From contig JAJDWX010000012.1 in NCBI GenBank assembly GCA_022825385.1, positions 17,122 through 81,121 on the forward strand: 64,000 nucleotides of DNA, in the 5' to 3' direction. Below the pieces are notes generated by a model that saw only the letters and a program-made list of their open reading frames with translations, searched no databases and was not told where the DNA came from. Origin of the DNA: Rhodothermales bacterium (GTDB lineage Bacteria; Bacteroidota; Rhodothermia; Rhodothermales; VXPQ01). The translations under genes were made by a program, and so were the position numbers. Shown piece after piece: positions 1 through 11,944 of the stretch (position 1 is the stretch's first letter; every line of letters begins with the position of its first letter).

Positions 1-1557
1 CAGATTGTCCTTTTTAATGGTACGAATCGTGGTCCCGAAGCCACCGCAATCTACGAACACTGGCTTGCGAAGAACCAAAACACTGGGCGAATCTCAGGCT
101 CGCGGGCAGTGGATGTGCGCACAGCGCTCATTGAGCATTTTCGGGATGAAGCAACAATACTTCTCGCCACGGAGGCCGCGGCGGAAGGAATGAATCTTCA
201 GTTCTGTTCCCTCGTCGTGAACTACGACCTGCCGTGGAACCCGCAACGTATCGAACAACGCATCGGTCGCTGCCATCGATACGGCCAGAAGCATGATGTG
301 GTTGTCATCAATTTCCTCAACGAGCGCAACGCGGCCGACCGCCGCGTCCTGGAACTTCTGACTGAGAAATTCAGCCTGTTCAATGGTGTATTCGGTGCCT
401 CAGACGAGGTGCTCGGCAGCCTTGACTCGGGCCTTGACTTCGAAAAGCGAATATTGGATATTTATCAGCTGTGCCGTACGCCAGGCGAAATAGACGATGC
501 TTTCCGCAAGCTGCAAGCCGAAATGGATGAGCAAATCCAAACGCGGCTCGACGATACGCGCCGCGTACTCTTCGAACATTTTGACGAAGACGTCCACCAG
601 CGACTGCGACTCCAACTTGCCGATGCCCAAGCCCGACTTGACCGATTCGGAAAACGGTTCTGGTTGCTCACGCGATTCATGCTTGACGAGCGGGCCCGGT
701 TCGAAGATAAAACGCTTACCTTCGAACTGAAATATCCACCTCGCACCGATATCCTCAAAGGGCGATACCACCTGATCTCCAAGACACGCCCTGGGACAGG
801 CGCGAATGCCGAGAAACATGAAATCCGCAGCCATTTTCTATATCGCCTGTCGCACCCTCTGGGCGAGTATGTCGTGGACAGCGCCAAAGCACTTCCCGCC
901 CAGCCTCAACGAATCGTTTTCAACGTAACGAACCACCCGACACGTATCCGCGTGATCGAGGCGTTGCGTGGAAAAACGGGTTATCTCACGCTGGCTCGCC
1001 TAACCATTGATTCCTACGAGCGCGAGGAGTATCTGCTCTTCTCCGGCTTCGATAAGGCCGGTGTGTCACTTGACCACGAAACAATGGAGAAGCTCTTCGG
1101 TTGCGCAAGTCGTATCATCCATGATGAACAGAGTGAAGATGCGATTCCAGCCGGAGTTAAGCAACGTCTCGGCGAAGAATCCCGACGCTATGTGGATGCC
1201 ACAGTTAGCCATTCTCTGGAACAGAACAATGTTCATTTCAAGGAAGCGCGCGAAAAACTCGACAGATGGGCCGACGACATGGTGCTCTCGGCGGAGAAAG
1301 CGCTTCGGGACACGAAGGAGCAAATCAAAGCCTTGCGACGTGAGGCACGGCAAGCGGTCACGCTTACTGAACAGCACCAGATTCAAGGGAAGATACAAAA
1401 TCTCGAGTGCCAGCAGCGCCGCCAGCGCAAAGAGATATTCAAGGTAGAGGACGACATCAACGAAAAACGAGACCAACTCATCGACTCGCTGGAACGCCGC
1501 ATGGCTCAGCGGACCGAAACAGAGACACTCTTCACTATCCGCTGGGCGGTCGAGTAA
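1..1557 (+). CDS. SNF2/Rad54-family helicase, C-terminal part (5' end lies outside the window)
   Basis: Frame 1 is open from base 1 (QIVLFNGTNRG...) into the listed ORF at 109. Helicase-C motifs are present: LLATEAAAEGMNLQ and DLPWNPQRIEQRIGRCHRYGQ. The C-terminal tail is charged and coiled-coil-like. Confidence 0.85.
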   Translation, partial: QIVLFNGTNRGPEATAIYEHWLAKNQNTGRISGSRAVDVRTALIEHFRDEATILLATEAAAEGMNLQFCSLVVNYDLPWNPQRIEQRIGRCHRYGQKHDVVVINFLNERNAADRRVLELLTEKFSLFNGVFGASDEVLGSLDSGLDFEKRILDIYQLCRTPGEIDDAFRKLQAEMDEQIQTRLDDTRRVLFEHFDEDVHQRLRLQLADAQARLDRFGKRFWLLTRFMLDERARFEDKTLTFELKYPPRTDILKGRYHLISKTRPGTGANAEKHEIRSHFLYRLSHPLGEYVVDSAKALPAQPQRIVFNVTNHPTRIRVIEALRGKTGYLTLARLTIDSYEREEYLLFSGFDKAGVSLDHETMEKLFGCASRIIHDEQSEDAIPAGVKQRLGEESRRYVDATVSHSLEQNNVHFKEAREKLDRWADDMVLSAEKALRDTKEQIKALRREARQAVTLTEQHQIQGKIQNLECQQRRQRKEIFKVEDDINEKRDQLIDSLERRMAQRTETETLFTIRWAVE

Positions 1558-1596
1558 CGACGGAACCAGTTAAGGGCAACCAGAAACGCTGATCAG

Positions 1597-4913
<3,317 letters not shown>

Positions 4914-4914
<1 letters not shown>

Positions 4915-7900
4915 TGCCGCGCCGTAGCACAAACCGACCGCAGGTGCCCTTCGCCTACAAACTGGTGCTCAATCAGTGGGTCCTGTCACTCTTCAACGCG
5001 AAGGGTTTCGAAGAACTGGCCGAGCACCTGCGCGACGAGGAACTGGAAGGACTCGACGAGAACAATACCCACCGCTTCTACCATACGCTTCTTGCACACC
5101 ATTTCGATCTAAAGGAGCTGCCCAAAAAATTGCTGCTGGAGTACGACCAGAATATCGTTAAGCATACTCAAAGACTGAACGAACGACGCATTACCCGTGG
5201 TGACGATCCAATCGTCTGGAAGTACTTCCAGTACCTAAGTCTGCTTTTTACCGAGATATATCTGGACCGCTATTTCCGCGATCCCGAGGCGCTTCTCGCC
5301 GCATTGAACAGGCAGGTGACAACCTACAATGAAGATAAGCCGGGCGCTGACCGGATCGCCTCATTCGACAAATCGGCAGATGCCTGGCCGCAACTCAACA
5401 AGCTGGCCTTCTGGATGGCTACCGGCAGCGGCAAGACGTTGCTGATGCACGCCAACATCCTGCAGTATCAACACGCCCTGACCAAACATGGCCGACAACG
5501 CGAACTGAACCGTATTCTCCTGCTCACGCCGAACGAAGGACTCTCCCGGCAGCATCTGCGCGAGTTCGAAGCAGCAGGTATCGACGCCGAGTTATTCAAT
5601 AAAGAAGGCCGCGGGCTATTCAGCGGAAAAGCCGTCGAAATCATTGAAGTGACCCGGCTGCGCGAAGAGATGGGTGACAAGACCGTTGCCATAGATGCTT
5701 TCGAGGGAAACAATCTGGTGCTTGTGGATGAAGGACACCGTGGCGCAAGTTCAGGAAAAGAAGGCACCTGGATGCGCTTTCGCAATGCATTGTGCGAAAA
5801 GGGGTTTTCTTTCGAGTATTCGGCAACCTTCGGGCAAGCCGTGAAAGGCAACCCCAAACTCACCGAGCAATACGCCAAAAGCACACTGTACGACTACTCA
5901 TACCGCTATTTCTATGGGGACGGCTACGGCAAGGATTACCAGATACTCAATCTCGACGAGGGAACGCAAAGGAATTATCTCGAACTGTATCTGGTGGCGT
6001 CTCTCCTTTGGTTCTTCCAGCAGCAGCGTCTCTATCGTAAGCAGGGCAACAGCTTTCGACCGTTCAAGATCGAAAATCCTCTCTGGGTCTTCGTCGGAGG
6101 ACGCGTAACGGCAACACTCTCTAAAAAAGACGCTTCGGATATCGTAGAGATATTGCAGTTCCTGGCCTCCTATGTGGCAAACCGTTCCATCAGCATCCAG
6201 CGGATTGAGCGTGTACTCAATCGGGGCATCCTCACAGCAACAGGCAGAAATCTGTTCGCCGGACGTTTGAAATATCTGAATACTTGCGGACTCTCTCCAG
6301 AGCAGATATTCGAAGAAACCCTTGCAATGCTTTTCAACGCCCCGGGTGGCGGTCACCTCTATGTCGAGAACTTGAAAGGCGCAACCGGCGAAGTGGCCCT
6401 GCGACTTGGCGCCGAGAATGAAGCCTTTGGCGTCATCAATGTAGGCGACGACACCAAACTGGTAAAACTGTGCGCGCAGCAGGGTATCGACACGGGCGAG
6501 CGCGAATTTTCCGGATCGCTCTTTGACGAAATTAACGAGCCAGACTCCACAGTAAACCTGCTTATCGGTTCAAAGAAATTCACCGAAGGCTGGAGTAGTT
6601 GGCGCGTCTCCACAATGGGTCTGCTGAATGTAGGCAAGGGGGAAGGCGCACAGATCATCCAGCTATTCGGACGCGGTGTGCGGCTTAAGGGCTACGATCT
6701 GAGTCTCAAACGCAGCGGAAAAACAAGACTTCCTGAGGGCCTCAATCGCCCGAAACACATCGGCATACTTGAAACACTGGGTATTTTCGGCATCCATGCC
6801 AATTATATGGCCCAGTTCCGGGACTTCCTCGAAGATGAAGGTCTTCCCACAAACGACGACCGCCTCGAATTCCTGCTGCCGGTTATCAATAATCTCGGAA
6901 AGCAAAAACTCAAAACGATCCGGCTCAAGAAAACGATCAATGGGGTCAGTACGGAATTTGGCCAGGCATTCCGTAAACTCGCGCCCATCCCGACCCTTGC
7001 CCCGCCTGATCAGAATACCGAATATCTCCAGAAAAATCAGGTAGTGCTCAACTGGTACCCGAAGATACAAGCAATGAAATCCGGTGGCTTGGCCGGAGGC
7101 GAGCTGGATACTTTGCCGAACGAAACCTATCTCACATCCAAGCATATAGCGTTCTGCGATCTTGACCGGCTCTACTTCGAATTGGAGCGATTCAAGGCCG
7201 AACGAGGCTGGTATAACCTGAATCTGTCACGGCAAGGAATCGAGGAATTGCTCAATGACCGTACTTGGTATCGCTTGCAAATCCCCGAAGAAGAATTGGT
7301 TGGCGATTCTTACGATAAGGTTCGCCTATGGGAAGAAATTGCCCTTGCGCTGCTCAAAAAATACACAGAGCGGTACTACTCTTTCCGAAAGCGCGAGTGG
7401 GAGCTTCCCCATCTCGAATACCGCTACTTGCAAAACGACGATTCGAATTTTCTCTATGTGAAGGATTCCGGCGACCCGGGGTATCGTATCTTGATCGATA
7501 AATCCCGGGAAGATGTCGTAAAGAAACTGGAGGAGCTCAAGGCCATTATCCAGCGCGGCGATCTGAAAAATTGGGAATTTGGTGGCATGAAGGCCATCTG
7601 GTTCGCGAAGCACCTGTATTATCCGTTACTGTACCTCGACACAAACATCGTCGAGATAAGCCCTACCCCGCTCAATCAGGGAGAATATCGTTTTGTAGAG
7701 GACCTGAAAACATTCCACGATAGTAACCAGGATTTTTTCGAATATCGCGAACTCTATCTCCTGCGCAATCTCAGCAAGGGGCGTGGTGTGGGTTTCTTTG
7801 AGGCCGGCAACTTTCACCCCGACTTCATCCTGTGGCTACTCGAAAACGGTCGGCAACAAGTTATCTTCGTAGATCCCAAAGGAATCCGCAATCTTGGACC

Positions 7901-8123
7901 AGAAGATCCCAAAATTCGATTTTACGAGACCGTCAAGGAAATCGAACAGAGACTTGGCGACCCAAATGTGAGCCTGCAATCCTTCATCGTCTCAAACACC
8001 CCGTCTCACGAGATGCAGAGACAATGGAACATGGATAAAATCGAAATGCAGAAGTGCAATATTCTCTTCCAGAAAGAGGATATAGACAGTTACATAAGTA
8101 CGATACTGAAGAGGCTGGACTAA
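4914..8123 (+). CDS. Type III Res-like SF2 helicase with a C-terminal PD-(D/E)xK-like nuclease motif
   Basis: 1069 aa. Walker A is WMATGSGKT, the DEAH-like box is [10 protein letters not shown], and motif VI is QLFGRGVRL. The C-terminus carries FHPDF...FVDPKG (PD...DxK). Translationally coupled to the methyltransferase. Confidence 0.8.
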
Positions 8124-8127
8124 GAAT

Positions 8128-9345
8128 TTATAATCGTGCTAAGCGTATCAGAATTTTTTTATATTTTGTAATAAAATAGTCTGGGTCATATTGACCACCG
8201 GAATAAAATTGTTTGGCATCAATTCCATTTTCATTATCAAGTTTTAATTCCTTTCTAATTCTTTTAATAGCATCGTAAGATGCGTCAGTTCCTTCATTGC
8301 GATATCCAACTTGTGTGTATAAAGGTTTACTTTTCACATTTCCAACAAATCGTTTTTTAGTAGGAGCTATAGTTCTATAAATATCCATTTTATTTCCTGG
8401 TTTAACTTCGAAAGTACAGTCGTAATTAGAAAGAATTTTTCTTAGCTTTCTCCAAGGGATGGGTCTATCTCCTCTTTCCACTATTCTAGAATTTTTTACG
8501 ATCCAGTCTGTTATTTTACATATTTCCATATCAGCTTTATGTTTACTGTGGAAAATAACTATACGATGTTTTGCAACTTTTAGAACAAAATCAAATAATT
8601 CATCCCCACTACATTGCATAATGATACCATTTTTATCCAAAAAAGCAAGCATAGATACCAATGCTGTTCTTTTGTTTCCATTATGAAAAGGATGATTATG
8701 TACTAATGCATAAAGCAAAGCAGCAGCAACACTTTCTATCGTACAATATTTATATATGCCATTAAGTGAAGTTTCAGGATGAAAACATGCAGATTCCAAT
8801 AATTCAATACTTTTTACTCCTGGTGGACTAATCGGATCTTTTTTATTAGCAAAATCTTTAACAAGTTCCTTGTGTATTTTTAAAACTTCCTCTGTTTTAA
8901 TCCAACGCATATCTTGTGGATTATATGAATGCCCTTTAAGTTTAAATTCAAATTTTTCTTGTGATCTATTTGATTCTTTGCTTGATTCTTTGCTTGATTT
9001 TATTTTGTTTGATTTATGTTTTTTAATTTCTTTTTTTAGATGATTAATCAAATTGGGTGGTAATTGTTTTTTGTTTTTAGATATTGAAATTCCTTGTTCT
9101 TGCATAAAATCAAAAAAGTCGTCTGCATCTAAATCGAATCTTCTTTGCCAATAAATAATACTTGTAAGTTCTCTTCGAGTTGGCAGATCAAGTATCTGGC
9201 GTGCACGCCTCAGTTTAGATCCTACCAAATGATGATTTTCCTCAAGATAACCCAAACCACCCTCCACAAGATGTAGAATAACTTCTTCAACATCTATCTC
9301 TGCTTCTTTCGATAGTTGTTTAATCGTGATTCGATTTTTGGCCAT
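8128..9345 (-). CDS. Doc/Fic-family protein with a basic low-complexity linker and a HicA-like C-terminal region
   Basis: The motif HPFHNGNKRTAL matches the Doc-type variant HxFx(D/N)(A/G)NKR. I prefer the start at MAKNRITIKQL (cat at 9343-9345). The C-terminus PWRKLRKILSNYDCTFEVKPGNKMDIYR resembles the HicA fold pattern; this is inference. The gene is strikingly AT-rich. Confidence 0.75.
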   Translation of the reverse strand: MAKNRITIKQLSKEAEIDVEEVILHLVEGGLGYLEENHHLVGSKLRRARQILDLPTRRELTSIIYWQRRFDLDADDFFDFMQEQGISISKNKKQLPPNLINHLKKEIKKHKSNKIKSSKESSKESNRSQEKFEFKLKGHSYNPQDMRWIKTEEVLKIHKELVKDFANKKDPISPPGVKSIELLESACFHPETSLNGIYKYCTIESVAAALLYALVHNHPFHNGNKRTALVSMLAFLDKNGIIMQCSGDELFDFVLKVAKHRIVIFHSKHKADMEICKITDWIVKNSRIVERGDRPIPWRKLRKILSNYDCTFEVKPGNKMDIYRTIAPTKKRFVGNVKSKPLYTQVGYRNEGTDASYDAIKRIRKELKLDNENGIDAKQFYSGGQYDPDYFITKYKKILIRLARL

Positions 9346-9489
9346 GATATCTATCGTGGTCAGGTTGTTTAAATGTAATTTACGGCAGGCGATGCCGTCT
9401 CCGGCAACAGCCGACACCCGCAAAATACATCATCCGCCATCACGTGTCAAGACCCCAGAGCAGGCGTTCTCCATTCAACGCACCACCGC

Positions 9490-10665
9490 TCACACAATTT
9501 CCCCAAGCGCGTCCTGCGGAACTGTGCCGTGTGCCTCGAACGCCGCCTGGAGCCGCTCGCCAAGCCAAAAAATCCCTTGCGGAGCAAGTTCGACGGCTGA
9601 TTCCTGCCTGTATGCAAGCCGAGGGTTTGTGCCTCCTGTGCCGCGGGCCGCATTACGCTGAGTCCTCTCAAACAAATCGCTCCCAAGCGCCTCCATCAAC
9701 TCGTTCAGCGAAACGCCGTTCGCCAGCGTCCCGGCCACAAACTCGGCGTGATGTACGCGGATATACCTCGAATACTTTTCCCTCCATGAGCGTCGCTCAA
9801 TGTCTTCAGCTGACGCGACATCCCGGGCTGGACGATGCTTCATGCCCACAGCCCGACCGAAAATACGTATGTCGTTGGGCTTGCCTGTGAATCGCCCCAT
9901 AAACATAAGCGCATCGTCTTTGACGTTCTTGGGGCATTTTTCCTCGGAATAAGCAAGAACCCGATGGCAGCCCTCGTGTTGGATTACCTCGGTAACAGGA
10001 TGAGAAACCGGTTTGCGCTCCTGACTGCTGCCGAGAAACTTGATAAAGGCTTGGCCTGCATCCGCTACGGCAACAGGGAGGACGGGTTGGGGAGGCTCAA
10101 GCCCCGCGTGTGCGCCAAAATCGCTGAGGCCCTTCGCGAAACGGGACCGCTCGCCATCCAGACGATGGAAACGGGTAACTTGTTCTGCCCAAGAATCAAG
10201 CATGTCGCGAGACAAATTGGCCGCGGACCCACATTGCCAAAGCGCATCGAAATAATTCCGGCAGGCCGCTATGACGGCTGCGTCATCGGCGACCACGCCG
10301 AACTCCTGATTCCGGGTCAGCGCAGCCATTGTGAGATTGGCCGACGTTATAATCGCCCGGCTTGCCCCGAAGATATACAACTTGGCATGGAGATTCTGAA
10401 TGCCTCGGACACTGGCGCCTGCGTCAAGAAGCATTCGCAGGGCCTCAATATCGCTAACGCCTTCGGCAAAATCATTCAGATTGAACCGGGTAATCACCTG
10501 AATGTCGCCCGCCGGAGGCAACAGAAGACATTCAAGCGCGCCTTTCTTGATGAACGGACAGACTATGCGGACCTCGCTGGGATCCGCACGGATAGCCGCC
10601 GCCAATTCCCGGTCCCATCCCCCGTCAACAAGCCGTATATGCTCTTGGCTCATGGTGCCGCTCAT
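9490..10665 (-). CDS. PLD-family (HKD) nuclease with an uncharacterised C-terminal domain
   Basis: A single HKD motif, NLHAKLYIFGASRAIITSANLT, sits in the N-terminal half. About 220 aa of C-terminal region are unassigned. Confidence 0.8.
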   Translation of the reverse strand: MSGTMSQEHIRLVDGGWDRELAAAIRADPSEVRIVCPFIKKGALECLLLPPAGDIQVITRFNLNDFAEGVSDIEALRMLLDAGASVRGIQNLHAKLYIFGASRAIITSANLTMAALTRNQEFGVVADDAAVIAACRNYFDALWQCGSAANLSRDMLDSWAEQVTRFHRLDGERSRFAKGLSDFGAHAGLEPPQPVLPVAVADAGQAFIKFLGSSQERKPVSHPVTEVIQHEGCHRVLAYSEEKCPKNVKDDALMFMGRFTGKPNDIRIFGRAVGMKHRPARDVASAEDIERRSWREKYSRYIRVHHAEFVAGTLANGVSLNELMEALGSDLFERTQRNAARGTGGTNPRLAYRQESAVELAPQGIFWLGERLQAAFEAHGTVPQDALGEIV

Positions 10666-10672
10666 GCAATTT

Positions 10673-10715
10673 TACACCTTAAAATTCGAAAAAATCTGTC
10701 CAATAAATCCGAACC
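10673..10715 (-). promoter_or_regulatory. Copy A of the shared promoter/operator-like motif, directly upstream of the PLD gene
   Basis: Minus strand reads GGTTCGGATTTATTGGACAGATTTTTTCGAATTTTAAGGTGTA. It contains a TTGGAC(A) -35-like and a TAAGGT -10-like element. The PLD ATG lies 10 nt after TAAGGT. Confidence 0.5.
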
Positions 10716-10728
10716 ATCACCACATGTT

Positions 10729-11208
10729 TTACCCGCCAAGCACCGCAACAAATGCCTCCAGCGCATCTTTTTCCTCGGCAGTAAGCGCTGCCGTTGGCTC
10801 TGACCGCGCGGCAAAGCGAATCGCCTCGTCGGACAGCTTCGCATCCTTTCGCGCGGCCAGCCCCGCTACCTGCATAAGGCCAGATCGCGACACGCCAAAA
10901 TAATTGGCCAACTGATAGGTTGTGCGCAATTCCGGCTTGTGGTGCGGATCGTTTTCAATTTCGACAAGAATGGCCACATCCACATCGGCATCCGTGGCAA
11001 GTTGCTCAAGAGAAAGCCCGCGTTGCCGCCGCATTAGACGCACAAAGCGCCCAAACGCGATATACGGCTCATCCTCATCGCTCGAAATGGCAGGAATGCT
11101 TTCGCCAGTGAACACAGGATCAACGGCCAGCGGGCCGGCGCCAATCTCGGCATCCCCTTCAAGTTCTGCCATGTGACGGCACCATTCCTTGGTGATTTCG
11201 ATTTTCAT
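10729..11208 (-). CDS. XRE-family helix-turn-helix regulator
   Basis: 159 aa. The HTH segment is MRRQRGLSLEQLATDADVDVAILVEIEN. The start ATG overlaps the stop of the upstream 32-codon ORF (ATGA). Confidence 0.75.
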   Translation of the reverse strand: MKIEITKEWCRHMAELEGDAEIGAGPLAVDPVFTGESIPAISSDEDEPYIAFGRFVRLMRRQRGLSLEQLATDADVDVAILVEIENDPHHKPELRTTYQLANYFGVSRSGLMQVAGLAARKDAKLSDEAIRFAARSEPTAALTAEEKDALEAFVAVLGG

Positions 11209-11303
11209 AGCGTGTTTTCTTCAATGGTGTCCAGCCATTCCGTCGCTTCCAGTCCGCCACGCTCCACATTCAGCAGGCAAACCGGACTGATCGTGCCCGT
11301 CAT
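11205..11303 (-). CDS. 32-codon ORF (MTGTISPVCLLNVERGGLEATEWLDTIEENTL) bridging the RHH and XRE genes
   Basis: Not in the ORF track because it is under 60 aa. Hand translation of the minus strand shows ATGA overlaps at both ends (11300-11303 and 11205-11208). Confidence 0.35.
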   Translation of the reverse strand: MTGTISPVCLLNVERGGLEATEWLDTIEENTL

Positions 11304-11536
11304 AGCAGCATAACCTCCGCCTTCGCCTTGGTTCGCTCGTCCTCAAAGAAGAGCTTTTCGCCATTCTCAAGGCGCGCCTCGATTACCTGGTACATGCGCA
11401 AGGCCTGCCGCAGCAGTGCCGTTTTGCTCATGTCTTTCCGCTTGCTCAACTCCTCAAGAACCCGCATCTCGTGCTCTCGAAGGTTGAGGGTCATGGTCTT
11501 TTTTCCGCTCATGTGCTTTTCTGGGCTGATTTTCAT
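11300..11536 (-). CDS. Ribbon-helix-helix (CopG/Arc-like) DNA-binding protein
   Basis: MTLNLREHEMRVLEELSKRKDMSKTALLRQALRMYQ fits the RHH pattern. The start is chosen at MKISPEKH, preceded by GGAGGAG. The alternative starts at 11578, 11512 and 11494 remain possible. Confidence 0.65.
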   Translation of the reverse strand: MKISPEKHMSGKKTMTLNLREHEMRVLEELSKRKDMSKTALLRQALRMYQVIEARLENGEKLFFEDERTKAKAEVMLL

Positions 11537-11593
11537 GGGCTTCACTCCTCCGCCGCCGCCAACCAATCCTGCCTCCAAGATACGGATTTAGAA

Positions 11594-11625
11594 CCAAAAA
11601 AGCCAAAAAATATTTATTTTATGGC
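11594..11625 (-). terminator. AT-rich hairpin plus U-tract between RNA element copy 1 and the RHH operon; intrinsic terminator or attenuator candidate
   Basis: Minus strand reads GCCATAAAATAAATATTTTTTGGC followed by TTTTTTGG. The plus strand also has a T-run after the hairpin, so it is potentially bidirectional. Confidence 0.5.
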
Positions 11626-11640
11626 CATTTTTTAACCTTA

Positions 11641-11799
11641 ATCGCCTCTCTCAGCACCCTCCACTCGCAGCGGACGCTGCCAGCGCAACCCCCCGAACCA
11701 GGCGAAGCCCCGATCCAGCGTGATCCATTCGCAGCAGAGCCTGATCACCAGGGTGACCATGCAGCAGGCCTCCATTGGGCTGGCTGGATTGGAACACGG
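11641..11799 (-). ncRNA. Candidate structured RNA, copy 1 (unclassified)
   Basis: About 160 nt, roughly 80% identical to 16410-16567. Conserved blocks are CCGTGTTCCAA, CCAGCCAGCC, GCATGGTC, GAATGGATCACGCTGGA and TGCTGAGAGAGGCG. Two hairpins show compensatory changes, and G-U pairs form only on the minus strand. Confidence 0.5.
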
Positions 11800-11944
11800 T
11801 GGCGGAACGATTAGCCGAGAGAAAAGGGATTTATACGGGAATATGGAAGAACGATTGCAGGAAATATCAAAAAGCCATATTTTGATGTGCACAAGACACC
11901 ATGAAAATGGTCTTAACATACAATAAAACAAAAAGGTTACGTAC

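Noticed and set aside
5-294. Small ORFs at the left edge of the window (5..193 on the plus strand, 94..294 on the minus strand).
   Set aside because: They overlap the SNF2 reading frame, which is open from base 1 and carries clear helicase motifs.
9326-10903. Plus-strand ORFs overlapping the PLD gene (9444..9890, 9835..10803, 10502..10903).
   Set aside because: They are antisense to an ORF with a clear HKD motif, and their translations lack recognisable features.
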